Assembly: GCA_025786725.1 (NCBI GenBank) | Contig: JAHLTZ010000012.1 | Coordinates: 1-64,000, forward strand | From: Syncephalis fuscata S228 | Lineage: Eukaryota > Fungi > Zoopagomycota | DNA length: 64,000 bases | Reading direction: 5' to 3' | Part shown: positions 50,752-64,000 of the stretch, one piece after another | How positions within the stretch are numbered: the first letter of the stretch is position 1 | How the letters are laid out: the number at the start of each line of letters is the position of its first letter | The notes under the pieces: model-generated | The model's input: only the letters and a program-made list of their open reading frames with translations | The model's database searches: none | Told to the model about the DNA's origin: nothing | Translations under genes and position numbers: made by a program

Positions 50752-52451
50752 ATGGGAAACCAGCAAAGCACTCTAAAAACCACGCTTGGTTATTCGCGTC
50801 TAAGCACCGATACCGAAAATGGCAAGCCTTTTGCAGCCTATACTGGTAAGTGTGCTGTAATCTAGCCTGGCAAATAAGTAGTCGACAGTGTGTTTATTAA
50901 AATTGGATAAGCAACTTAATAAAGCTATTAGTCATTTTAATTTATTGTGATTTATTAAGTAAATATATTAACTGATTGGTTATTTTAAATTAGATTTGGC
51001 AGGGCGTGCTCAAGGTGGCCGTATAGTCGATGTTAGCGATGAATTCTTTGCTATGGCCGATAATCTACTTCAAACACACGACCCAGTCAGCAAACCAAAT
51101 ACCTACACGGAAAATGGCGCTTGGATGGATGGCTGGGAAAGTCGTCGTCATAATCCAGATCATGACTGGCAAGTGTTTATTAACAACAAATTAGCTTAAT
51201 CATCTAAATATTATACAATATTCAGGGTAATTATTAAATTGGGATTCCCTGGAAGTATTGCTGGATTTGACATTGATACCGGCTTCTTCAATGGCAACCA
51301 AGCGCCAGCTGCCACTGTTGAGGCTTGTTTTATCAATGAAAAGAAATTAAAACAAGGCGGCGATATCGATTTTGACTGGGATCCAGTACTGCCCCGTGTT
51401 GAATTAGGACCAGCAAGCAAGCACTATTTCTTACTTGATGAACCGACACCTGTTTATAACTTTGTCCGTTTGAGAATCTATCCAGATGGCGGCGTAGGAA
51501 GATTCCGTGTTTATGGCACGGTGCGTCCTACCTGGCCGTTAACTGCCAGTAAACAGCTTATGGATCTGGCATATGTAGGCAATGGTGGCCGTGTAGTTGC
51601 TCAAAGTGACCAGCATTACACGCCATCAAGTAATGTTATTCTGCCTGGTCGTGGCCATAATATGGGCGATGGCTGGGAAACGAAACGAAGCCGTATTCCT
51701 AATCATTGTGACTGGGTTCTAGTGCGATTAGGCACGACAGGCAAGCTGGAGAAGTGTGAAATTGATACACACTATTACAAGGGCAATTTCCCTGATGGTG
51801 TTGAACTCGATGCTTGCTACTCTGACCTCGAAGATCCCAGTCTTGATACGGATGTTGCTTGGTTCCAAATATTGCCACGTCAGCGACTATCTGCACATCA
51901 GCAGCATCATTTTTCACTTGATTTACGTGATAGACCATTCACGCATGTTCGTATGACGATCTATCCCGACGGCGGCATAATGCGCCTAAGAATCTACGGT
52001 CGTCCTTTACTAGCAGACAATCCCGATGCGGATGAAGGAGCTGTTTGGGAAACGGCTAGCAAGTCATCGGCCGCTTCTACGCCTAATCCATCGTCACGTA
52101 CCCGCATGGATGGCGATGCCACCACCGCTTCCGAATAGCAAGTGGTGCAAAGGAAGAGCAGAACGGTGTAGCGCCATCGATTGCGGCTGCTGCTGCGGCT
52201 GCTGCTCGATCCACACAGCGTAAGCGATCACGTCGTGAACGGGCAGCCAAGGCCGATGATGATGATGAAGACTACACAGAGGACTCGGTGTGACCACGCC
52301 GTCTGTTAATGGTAAAGCAAGTGCTCGCAAGCCAAAGCGTCGAGCGGTAAATACGCCAGCAAAGCCCAAAAAAGAGCGTGTTTCTGCCAAGAGCAAAAAC
52401 GATGATGGCGATGAAGTTGCCGATAATGCCAATAGCGACGATAAAGAGTAA
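50752..52451 (+). CDS. DAL2: Allantoicase, 3 exons; tail after 52138 frameshifted in this assembly
   Basis: Two allantoicase repeats (SDEFFAMADNL, WMDGWESRR, DTGFFNGN, PDGGVGRFRVYG; MGDGWETKRSR, DTHYYKGNFP, PDGGIMRLRIYG). Introns 50846-50993 and GC-AG 51169-51225. End is 52138 as written or 52451 if indels are corrected. Confidence 0.93.
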
Positions 52452-52743
52452 TTCTGCTGATGTCTAATAAACTTATACACATTTTTACATAGTTATCTAT
52501 ATTTTACTAACAACAGCAATGCTAAATAGTAATATTGACGTTCAATAAATTTACAAATTATTTCTATTTTAGCAATAATAGCAGCACTAAATAGTAATGT
52601 GTTAACGCTTAATAAACCAGCACGTATTTTTACGCAGCCATATCATTTTTGTCAATAATAGCGGTGTTGGAGAGCAATGATGTTAATGTTCAATAAATCC
52701 ACGCATATTTCTACACAACTATTTCTACTTTATTAACAGTTTG

Positions 52744-53541
52744 CTATTCTAAATTGATCATGACTTCAACGGTCAGATTCACTTCTTGGCAGTCTTCTTC
52801 TGCTACACCGTTCTCCCATACAAGGCATGCAAAATCCATAGGCTAAACATAATGATGGCATTAGTTAATAACATCAACTTGATAAAGCAACTTACTGTTT
52901 TTAATACAATCATAGGATGATGCCAAACATTGGCATTGTAATTAACGCCTTGTAATGAATTTGCACGGAATGCTGCTAGTGTGATAGCTCAGGACGGTCA
53001 TCTAATTTAAACATTAGTAAAGGTGCGTAAACTATAGTAATTCAATTAGCTTGCCTGGCCCATTGAGCGCCACAACAACAAGATAGTTGCTCGAGGTGGG
53101 TTCTGGTGTTGAGGCAATGGGTATAAATGCCTGGGTGCTCCATTGGTGTCGTTCAAGAATATACACCGAGTGGTGTGTAGCATCAGGCGCCATAGAAGCC
53201 GGTGGTACGCATCGAAATAAAGCAAGGTTGGCCTGAGCAGCGAGCGATGTAGTACTCGATACTGGTCGAAGATTGCTAAGATTTGCCGTGTGATTGACGC
53301 GGCGGGCCGTACCATGGTTTGCTGAGATACCCATGGCATCTGTTGTATGTGGAAATTCTATCACCTGGCCATAGGCGGCAAACCCCTCAGCGGATAATGG
53401 CGTCAATTTTAATTGCACCACGTTAGGTGCTGGAATTATCGTTAATAAATATAATTTATATAGGTATGTATATGTGTATAGCTAGTGATACACTGAATAC
53501 TTACCAGGGCCAGTATGGGTCGGTGATAGTGCTGCTTCCAT
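52744..53541 (-). CDS. DAL3: Ureidoglycolate lyase (AllA/Dal3 family), 4 exons
   Basis: PLSAEGFAAYGQVI, ANHGTA, ILERHQWSTQAFIP, YLVVVALNG, QGVNYNANVWHHPMI, DFACLVWENG...DCQE. Confidence 0.92.
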
Positions 53542-53707
53542 TTTCAACTATTGTTTTTACTTCTTTACTGCTGCTATTACTATTGATATGGTTGATTAAA
53601 AAAAGAACAAAATGAAGTAAAGCTATGCTTGCGTGTACAATTTCCAACAAATAAACAGGTGAGATTTTATGCACAATGTCGTGTTACCATGTGTTGAGTA
53701 GCGAATA

Positions 53708-53758
53708 GATAAGAATCGGCATAGGTGAAATACAACCCATGGGTGCGTCATTGATAAG
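53708..53758. promoter_or_regulatory. Two GATAAG sites upstream of ureidoglycolate lyase (possible AreA/Gln3-type nitrogen control)
   Basis: GATAAG at 53708-53713 and 53753-53758; short motif in AT-rich DNA. Confidence 0.3.
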
Positions 53759-54849
53759 ATCATAATGGTGGATTTGTTTGTAAATGTAACTTAGCAAGTT
53801 CATGCACTTGTAATTTGATATTCTACTATTATTAATATCATTACTATTATCACTACAAGTATATTAATACCATTTGGGTTATATTGTCCAAGTTTAAAAT
53901 CACGTGATTGATAGCATTATCTCATTACTTAAATCGCAAGTACAGTGTAAAATAACGTCAGCATAATGAATAGACGAGAAATTGATTCAAGGCATTTTAG
54001 CGTCTTAAAAACACCAGTTAATACGCGTATTGCAATTTCGCTATTGTACTACCTATTAATAATACAGATCATGTATATCATGCTATTACAACTTTATTTT
54101 AGAGTCAGCAGCTTAGATGACCAAGCAACATCTTATCCTGACGTTATACTATAATGTCAATCTTTTACTTTTAATCTTTATTTTAACGTTTAAAATACAA
54201 CGCTTTGGTTAATTAATAGCAAATAAATGTTTAGATTACTTCAAAACTATCGTTAATCCTCATAGTCAACTATAATAAACTGAATAGTTTGCATAACATT
54301 AAGTAGAAGCAGGATTAGCTAGAAACAATTATATTTTTTATTAATACTAATGAAGCTATTATTTATATTAAACATAGCTAATAATAAATTTGAATAATTC
54401 GTATTATTCTATCATTAACACAGCATATTAGTTAATGTGATTGCTCGTACGTTTATAGCAAACAAGTAGTCACTTTCTATATTCTTGTAATAGACGCTTG
54501 GTACTAGTAATTAGCGCCATTATCTGATAGATATACTATTTTTGTAACCTATCATATGCAACTTTAACTGATAATTTAATTACACGGTATATTTTTAGTC
54601 CCACTTTCACAAGATCTTGTTTAGAATATCAGTATAATAACAGTATAACAATATATGCTTATTTCATTTATACTTTATTTGTGGCACTTGATATTATTAT
54701 GATCTAACTAAATAATATATTTGATAGTGAACAACCAAAAATTTTATTAAAGGTGCTAATTATTAGCAATATTAAAAGATAAAGATATAGGACAACGCTA
54801 GGATAAGCCAAGATAAAGTATTGCTTGATCATCTAACATAAACATTATA

Positions 54850-57800
54850 AACTATAACTTTAACAGCATGATATTATGCTATTGTACACGCTGTGACAAT
54901 ATGTAATAACAATCGATAATGTATTTGTTAGTTAGTAGAGGTAGAAATAAACAACGGGTATTAATGGCCATTTATGGCATATAAATCAATACTAATCATG
55001 AATAACTACTACCAAGTAATTAATTAAATAATTAACACACTTTTTGATTTGTGTGTTTTTAAGCATTTTTGGCAAAATCGGTAATGGTCCCCCGTTACAG
55101 CTTTTCAATAAACAAGTATTTTTTACCATCGTTTAATTCCATCAATAATGCAGCTGTAAATACGTAATAACATCCATTATAACTGCATATGCTTGGAGCA
55201 TTGACACACAAATAACATGCAGTCTCGATGCATTTTGGGGAATAATAGAAACTAAAAGGTAATTTAAATGCCATTTTTGTGTAATGGTATTGCTATTTAT
55301 ATATCTAGCACAATTCCAAATGCATCGAGACTGCATGTTATTCGTGTGTCAATGCTCCAAGTATATGCAGTTATAATGGATGTTATTACGTATCTCCAGC
55401 TGCATTATTGATGGAATTAAACGCTGATAAAAAAATACTTGATTTATTGAAAAAGCTGTAACGGGGGACCATTACCGATTTTGCCAAAAATGCTTAAAAA
55501 CACACAAATCAAAAAGTATGTTATTTAGTTAGCTGTTTAACAAGTAGTTGATTAGACATTGCTAACATCAATTCGCATAGCCATAGCTGACTATAGTAAT
55601 TAATATTAACTAATTAGTACACTTTTTGATTGTTATTTTTTAAGCATTTTTGGCAAAATCGGTAATGGTCCCCCGTTACAGCTTTTTCAATAAATCAAGT
55701 ATTTTTTATCAGCGTTTAATTCCATCAATAATGCAGCTGGAGATACGTAATACATCCATTATAACTGCATATGCTTGGAGCATTGACACACAAATAACAT
55801 GCAGTCTCGATGCATTTGGAATTGTGCTAGATATATAAATGCAATACCATTACACAAAAATGGCATTTAAATTACCTTTTAGTTTCTATTATTCCCCAAA
55901 ATGCATCGAAACTACATGCTATTTGTGTGTCAGTGCTCCAAGCATATGCAGTTATAATGGATGTTATTACGTATTTACAGCTGTATTACTGATGGAATTA
56001 AACGCTAGTAAAAAATACTTGATTTATTGAAAAAGCTGTAACGGGGGACCATTACCGATTTTGCCAAAAATGCTTAAAAACACACAAATCAAAAAGTGTG
56101 TTAATTATTTAATTAATTACTTGGTAGTAGTTATTCATGATTAGTATTGATTTATATGCCATAAATGGCCATTAATACCCGTTGTTTATTTCTACCTCTA
56201 CTAACTAACAAATACATTATCGATTGTTATTACATATTGTCACAGCGTGTACAATAGCATAATATCATGCTGTTAAAGTTATAGTTTACGCATTCTATAA
56301 ACAATGTGCTATTTATGTGTAGTTATTGCTTTATTGGCATGAATAATGGCGTATATAAACATAGCCAATGCCATTAGTAGGTCGTGTAGTTATGCAACAT
56401 AGTTAATGTCTAATATATAACCAATAGCATGCACCAATAACAGCATTGATATTGGCAATGGCTGTCGATATATCATGCAGTTAACAATAATTGGTGCTTT
56501 TAATAACAAAAGTGAAAACTAAAAATGTCCAATGTATTTATAACTATGTCAGTTGCATATATATCTTATTTGCAATCAACTATGCTATGGCGCAAAGCGT
56601 TGTTTTACTTGCTTGCTGTTAGAGTAGTCGTATAAACACTGTCACTTATTTGTGACAAGTATAATCAACTACAGGCATGTTGGTTAGGCACATATCCACT
56701 TACATTAACTATAACATCATGTAGATATCTGCTTGTTTGTTTATAAGCAGGACAATGGTATTAGCACTTGCCATTGATGCAGAATAGCCATGGTCATTGT
56801 AAAAGTGTATTATTTGTTATTTCTAATAGCTATAACATTGTAAAAATGCAATGTTATCATTTTAATAGCTATGAATGTAGCAGAATGCACATTTTATTTC
56901 TAGTACTCTGAATGCCGATATAATGCTAGCTCAAACTCTTAAGCGTAAAACTATTACATTAGTGATGTGACAATGAGTGGCGTATTGAAAGAGTGCGTTT
57001 AGCATAACTAAGTGACAAAATGCAATAAAAAATCAATAAAACTAATTTATTTAATAAATCGTTACTAGAATTATGTACACTTTACATAAAATAGCTCAAA
57101 ATACATGGTGTTTTGCACAAGTATGCAGATAACATATGTACAACTATTGGCAACTTATAATGTAATTGTGTTGCGGGATAATGCAATGGTAGTGACGATA
57201 CGTTAATAAATTTGTAAAAATAGCTGTTTTTTACTGTTTATGGTTTGTATAGTTAAAACACAGCAAAATGATTGCCGGATTCGAGTTCTTTATGCTTGGA
57301 TGTATCGTTTGGTATGACTTATAAAACAATAATTTTTGCGAAAAATGTTGACCAAAAATGCAATTTACGTTATTTTTAATACATCTAGTAAATCGTTGCT
57401 AATACTACGTATAACTTTACGTAAAATGACGCAGATTGCCTGATATTTTGCACAAGTATGCATATGGCATATAGCTATCTATTGACAAAGCATAGTATTG
57501 TTGTATTGCGCATTGATGCAATGGTTGCAACAATACACTAGTAAATGTGCAAAAATAGCAGTTTTATGCCGTTCATGGCTTATATAAGCAAAATACAACA
57601 GAATGGTTGTTAGATTCGGGTTTTCCATGCTTGGATGTATCGTTTGATATAAGATTTAGAACAATGATTTTTGCAAAAAATGTTAGTCAAAAATGCAATT
57701 TACGTAAAGTTTACTAACAAACCTTGTTATATTTATGTATAAATGACATAGATTGCACAGCGCATCGTCGTTTATTCTTATTAACTTGCTATTATTTTTG

Positions 57801-58657
57801 TTTTAACACTTTAGAGGGCTTTAGATTCACTTTATATAGACTCATTCTTAATATTAAATTTTCTAATATTATGAAACTTGGTCATTTTCTTGTTAATAAA
57901 CTTTACGTAAATTGCATTTTTGACTAACATTTTTTGCAAAAATCATTGTTCTAAATCTTATATCAAACGATACATCCAAGCATGGAAAACCCGAATCTAA
58001 CAACCATTCTGTTGTATTTTGCTTATATAAGCCATGAACGGCATAAAACTGCTATTTTTGTACATTTACTAGTGTATTGTTGCAACCATTGCATCAATGC
58101 GCAATACAACAATACTATGCTTTGTCAATAGATAGCTATATGCCATATGCATACTTGTGCAAAATATCAGGCAATCTGCGTCATTTTACGTAAAGTTATA
58201 CGTAGTATTAGCAACGATTTACTAGATGTATTAAAAATAACGTAAATTGCATTTTTGGTCAACATTTTTCGCAAAAATTATTGTTTTATAAGTCATACCA
58301 AACGATACATCCAAGCATGGAGAACTCGAATCCGGCAATCATTTTGCTGTGTTTTAACTATACAAACCATAAACAGTAAAAAACAGCTATTTTTACAAAT
58401 TTATTAACGTATCGTCACTACCATTGCATTATCCCACAACACAATTACATTATAAGTTGCCAATAGTTGTACATATGTTATCTGCATACTTGTGCAAAAC
58501 ACCATGTATTTTGAGCTATTTTATGTAAAGCTGTACATAATTCTAGTAACGATTTATTAAATAAATTAGTTTTATTGATTTTTTATTGCATTTTGTCACT
58601 TAGTTATGCTAAACGCACTCTTTCAATACGCCACTCATTGTCACATCATTAATGTAG
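54850..58657. repeat. Composite palindromic element copy B: doubled P1 (second-order palindrome 54850-56290), linker, P2 (~56950-58657)
   Basis: 55620-58657 is colinear and near-identical to 36970-40017; 54850-55520 is the reverse complement of 55620-56290. Confidence 0.9.
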
Positions 58658-60146
58658 TTATATTACATTTAAATTGTAAATTAGCGTTCTATTACCATTT
58701 TAAAATATTATAAATAAAATTTAGCTGCAATCATATTTATTAGAAATAAATATATTATAATTACGATGGTTATATTGTTACTATCCCGAAATTTAGTTGG
58801 TGTTGTAACCGTGTAACTGAGAAGCAAACCTTATTTACCGTTAGCATTAGTATTTGTACCCAATTTATGTACTATTCTTATGTCTACTCGCATGTGATCT
58901 TGACAAGATGTTTAGGCAAATAATGCGCGTTTTAGTCACGTTATCATAACAATGTACCCAAGATATCAGGATAGTAATAGTACAAAATAAATCGCATTTA
59001 ATTGTAAATAATTAGCTAAAGTACTAAAACATAGAATAGAATTAGCTTTATAACTAAACAAGATGAATTAGATGCTATTTATAAAATAGTCGTTATGTAT
59101 AGCAGTTTTATATGTAGACAAGAATAGACTTGCATAGATCAAGTGACCATTGTATAAGCTTTTACAAAATAGTAATTCAAATGGTAAGATTGCCAAAATA
59201 GCGTATTTGATATAGTAAATGGTTTTGCATTTGATACCATAGTATTGGGTTGAACAGTGCAATTACAATATTTACCAATAATAGTTAGAAATTGTTAGGT
59301 TTTATAATTTAGTATTATTACTTTAAAAGTTTATTAAGTTCTTATGACCATGTATAGCCATAGATAAAAAAGAATGCATCTTTTCCTGAATTTAATAAAC
59401 CTTTAGTAAAACTATCGGCATAACTAATGCAGCCTATATACTCTGATTTACTATGTCGTGTGTCTCAGTAAAAGTTATGCTATAAATTTCATGTATTTGA
59501 TGAATAAATACAATGAAGCATTTTAAATCTTTAGTATTATTGTTAAATCAGTAGCTGATACTTGTGTGCATATGCAATATATTTAAATAACGTGCATCTA
59601 GTGCCACCAAATCCACATAAAAGCATAATACTTTGTTTTAGTATTGATGGATTAGCAATCAAAACTGGTCATACGGATTTTATGCTATTTTATCTGTCTA
59701 GCATTAGCTGGTTTTATTCTACATAATATATTCTGTATTCTATGGTATAAGCTACAGCATCACAATCTACGCAATATTTTTAATATAAAACCTAACTAAA
59801 TAAATAACATGTTGGATAAAAGCACGCCATGACAATGTTGGAGTATAGTCATTTAACAATCAATATTGTTTTGTGTAATGATTATACAAAGTCTTTTATT
59901 TTAACAATGCAAATATTAAACATAATCAATTAAATTGGAAATATAAGTAATAATTTACTACACTAATTCTGATAAACAATCAAAAGAACAATTCAGCAAC
60001 AATATATATATAGTAGCAATACTAAAGGCGGATTAAAGTCATAAATTTAAACTAACAGACTAATCAACTGATGTGCTGGTAGCTAAAAAAAACAGTTTAA
60101 TTAAACATAAAATCATATGAATGCAGTATATTCAATTATACGCTTT

Positions 60147-61337
60147 CTAGTTGGTAAAACCTTCGGGTCTTTTTTGTTTAAAACGGAGTAAAGGCGCCAA
60201 ACTATCTCTCTTGTTTAATTGTTGTTCGCGAGGAAGTGGAGCCACCACAGGATTTTCTCCCCTTGATAACGCCATTTGACGATTACGAGCAGCATTAGCA
60301 CGATATGCCTTGTATAGAGGGCTAGAAGTGGGTGGATTATCTACTATTATCCCCAAATCCCAGTATATGTTTTCAATATACTGTAGCGCCTCACTAAATG
60401 CATTGCTAGATTGAGTTTTCATATAAAACTCGATTAAGTTTTTCCATAGTAAAATATTTATGTTGAGGATTTCGTAATCATTTGCTCGATCAGAAATGAG
60501 ATTCTTTATAGAGCGCACACGATCAACGGTAGTAAATACTATGTGGTTATTTGTGATACACGCATCTAATAATTATATTAGTATATTACTAGTGTAAACA
60601 ATTAAAATGTAACTAACCACTTTCAATAGCTTCAGAAATTGTCCAATCTTTTGCCTTCATGTTGCGTATAACTATTCAATTATGCATTAATAGCTTATTA
60701 GTATAAATAGTATTTACTTACTTGTTACAAGTTCTGAAAATAGAAATGATGCTGTTTGTCGGCTGAAAAAGCCATGATCTATACGATCAGCAAGTTTCCC
60801 TTCACATTCTGGCTTAACAATGAAATAACATTTATCTCCTTTCTTGGTGGGAAACAGCTTAATAGCATGATAGAATGGCTGTGACGGAGAAATATCTTGA
60901 GGAATGTTATGATTTCCCGTATACAGCGTCTATCAATAAAGTTATTATGTCAACAACTCAAACTAGCAATAAATTTACATACATCGTATAAATTAAAGGG
61001 AAAATAATTAGCAGCTTCCTTCTTTCTACATATAACTTCACCGGTAAGTATACGATTATTCTCTGCAAAATATTTTGCTTTCATCACATATCCATTGCTA
61101 TGTTCTGTTGGACGTGATTTGATGATAAGGCCCTTGTCACCAAATGCACCAGGTTGATTTAATTCATATTCACCAACTAGAGTTGTCGCTATAATATAAA
61201 GGTTATTGGATTGATAGTAATTTCTCCAAATTTTTACCTTTTTGTTTAATAGACATGCGTGGTGATGCAGCCATACTCTGGCCAACTGATAGCAGCACTA
61301 GCAGTGCTAGAAGATATTTGTTTTTAGATAGCATCAT
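60147..61337 (-). CDS. Secreted protein of unknown function, 5 exons
   Basis: Signal peptide MMLSKNKYLLALLVLLSVGQSMAA; introns ~61237-61189, 60982-60930, 60721-60672, 60617-60566 connect the ORF fragments; TAG 60147-60149. Confidence 0.7.
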
Positions 61338-62229
61338 TGATTTTGTAAAATGCCTAGGTTTTTGTACTTTTGTAAAATACTGTAGTAGCAACAATAAAAA
61401 TGACTAAAGTAAAGCGATTTGTTATGATAAAGCAATAAACAGTGGCGAATTATTTGATTATTTATAGCAAGTTGCAGTACAGGGCAGCCAATGTGGAGTT
61501 TATTATTTAAGCAAAAAAGGCACGTTCGGATGGTGACCAACATGGAAGTGAAAAAGTTAATGGTTCGATAATCCAAAATAGTATAACGTAAACATGGATA
61601 ATAATCAAAATGCTGGATAAAATCTAGATACCGTTTTTGAATACCTGAGCTACCACGTTGATGGTCTCGTACAAATATAGTAGTGAAAATCCGAGTGTAT
61701 CTAAAAAAGAATAATTGAATATAATAATTAATTCAGCTTTCTAATATATGAATCTGATCATAAAGCTATTGTTTTTTCAATTTAATATTTTTATAAGTTT
61801 TATGATTAAAACTTTGACTATATAACATTCATTCCAGGATGGCACAATTGCAGCACATATATCGGCTTATGGCCTTTATCATCCTTTCATTTTATTCAAT
61901 TATAACATATTGCTACGTCTGATTTTAAAGTTTGTAGTCGAGATGGCTAAATGACGCATAACCCTGGCGTTATTTCATAATGCTAGGCTTTGATGTTTGC
62001 TAATACCTGTCTTAGTGCATAGAATACAGCTGTAGGTTGGCTACTACTATTATTATTGCCATCCATGCTTAATGCATAGTGTCGACTGATTAAAAGATTT
62101 ATTTTACTGCTATTTAAAACATGGTGCTATTTGTTTATTCAGAGTTATTTTATAAATGGACAAAGCTTAATGATTTACTAATAATAATGGCAAGATGATG
62201 ATGACTGTAAATAAGTCATGCTATAATAG

Positions 62230-63538
62230 TTAAATGTGATATTCTCCTCGTCTTGTTAGTAGTTGTGCATATTTTGGGTCAATGCCATTGCTAAGTAGAC
62301 CTCGTCCATTGTTAATAACTGTGCTTTTATCGTAAAATGAATGAACGAGCGTTTCTGTTACCGGGCTGATATGTTTATCGTCAATACGTTGCTGATGCAT
62401 CCGATTGTCCAATTTCCCGTACAGTGTCGATGCAGCTATTACTATAGCGGTACCAAATAGAAATAGACCACTGGGCTGAAACCCAAAGAACATATAGCTA
62501 ATGACACCTGATAAAATAATGCTAATACTCGTGGCAAATCCTTTAAGAATGTTATCGGCATACTTAACAACAATGGCCACAAGTATACCACCAAGTGCCT
62601 GGTTGGTCAATACAAGCCAAGTAAACATGTTGTAGCCCTGTAACATGCCGTCCTTCATGATGGCATGTCGGTCCTGCACTAACATGGCTAGTATGGAGAA
62701 TAGCCCACCGGAAATGCCTAGTTGAATATTGCGTATCCACATACTTGTGCTGGTCGTTTTAAGAACGCGCTCAAAGTAACAGCCTGCAAATCCCGATAAC
62801 AAACACGCTATCATTACAGCACCAAAGCCAATCAATGGATCTTGTGCAAGATGGAACTGTGTCTGTTTTTTATCTACACCTTGATTTAAATCCTTTTCTG
62901 AGGCATGTGATGCAACCGATGTGCTAGTCACCGTTTGTAATTGTACAAATGTAACACCCAGCATTAGTAGTCCCAAGGATAGCCATTGTAGAGGCATAAT
63001 GCGTCGACCCAATATAATGACGGAGAAAATGGCTGTAGATAGGATCTTGACTTGATAAATGACTTGAAATGAAGCCGCCTCTAAATTAGACAGTGCAATG
63101 TAAAGTAGGTTATTTTGAATTGCGTACAATGCCGATGGAACCGCCATGAGCAGCAGATCCTTTGGTTGCTGTAAAATATCGCGCTTCACTCGTCGCTGAA
63201 ACGAGGCCCAGGAACTCGATTGTTTATACAAAATAAATAAGCAAGTAGGCAGTTTAATAATCTCAGCCAATACAACAGCCGTTGAGGCAATGTATACAGA
63301 CTGATCGGGTGATCGTACCATGCGAGAATACCGCATCATAAGAACTAGTGCGCTATTCTGCAAAATAAGCACAATGAGCGATAGATATTTTATCGGTAAA
63401 TTAAACATAAAAGGCTCGTTTGCAGCTAACACGTAAATTGGTTGTTATTATTCAATCGATATAAACATCAGGTAAACGCCTACCTTTTGCTGTTGATATA
63501 CGCGCCAATGGCAAGGAACTTGGCCGCGAGTACTTCAT
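62230..63538 (-). CDS. Nucleotide-sugar transporter, SLC35A/Gms1 (UDP-galactose-type), 2 exons
   Basis: LQNSALVLMMRYSR, AVPSALYAIQNNL, YQVKILSTAIFS, SGFAGCYFE, SMWIRNIQL, VVKYADNILKGFATS; short exon 1 from ATG 63538 spliced to 63425. Confidence 0.93.
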
Positions 63539-64000
63539 GGTTTGCAACGCGTTAAAGAAACGCAAGTGCTGTGTAGTGGCAATTATGAATTAGCAAAAAT
63601 TGCCAGTATATTAAACTAAAACTAAAATAGTATTACTGAAAGGAAGATTGCGTTTGTATAATAATAATAATAATAATAATGGAATAATGAAAGAGTTAAT
63701 AGAGATGACTGTGTACTTGCCGCTATTGGTGTACAGCTTATTAGAAATATGAAGTAAAAAATTGCAAAAACAAGAAGACTTACAGAAAGGCAACACTGTC
63801 TCGTTTGATTGCCGAAGTGAGACAACATTTTCACGAGCTTTAATATCCGATATTGTGTGTGTGTGTTCTGTTGTGGTAAAAAGCATGCGCCTGAAGCTGT
63901 GCCTATTTTCTTTTTCTTGGTCCAACAAACCTTATCCCTTAATGCGTTCACCTAAGTTTCTTCCTACAGCTTGTCTCTTTTCTTTTTCTTTTCCTTTTCA

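Overview
AT-rich, intron-dense eukaryotic DNA, most likely from an early-diverging fungus (Zoopagomycota/Syncephalis-like by inference from gene content and 50-80 nt introns). Islands of conserved genes (SIZ/PIAS SUMO ligase, WBP2-like, NUR1/Mug154, tRNA-Thr, G-protein beta, acyl-CoA dehydrogenase, DUF1769, RPS1/eS1, RRN7, SNRNP25, SHO1, allantoicase, ureidoglycolate lyase, a secreted protein, nucleotide-sugar transporter) alternate with repeat and palindrome-rich DNA. Main result: the ~81-bp tandem array at 24.5-27.7 kb is a gene invisible to the ORF track. On the minus strand each unit is a spliceosomal intron followed by a 3-nt exon. Joining a signal-peptide exon, 40 micro-exons and a terminal exon gives a stop-free 80-aa secreted, cationic, six-cysteine peptide. 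A paralogue with 15 micro-exons (3-15 nt, all multiples of 3) at 31.3-32.7 kb encodes a second six-cysteine secreted peptide. Both models were spliced by hand and need transcript confirmation. Single-base frameshifts in several conserved genes indicate assembly indel errors.
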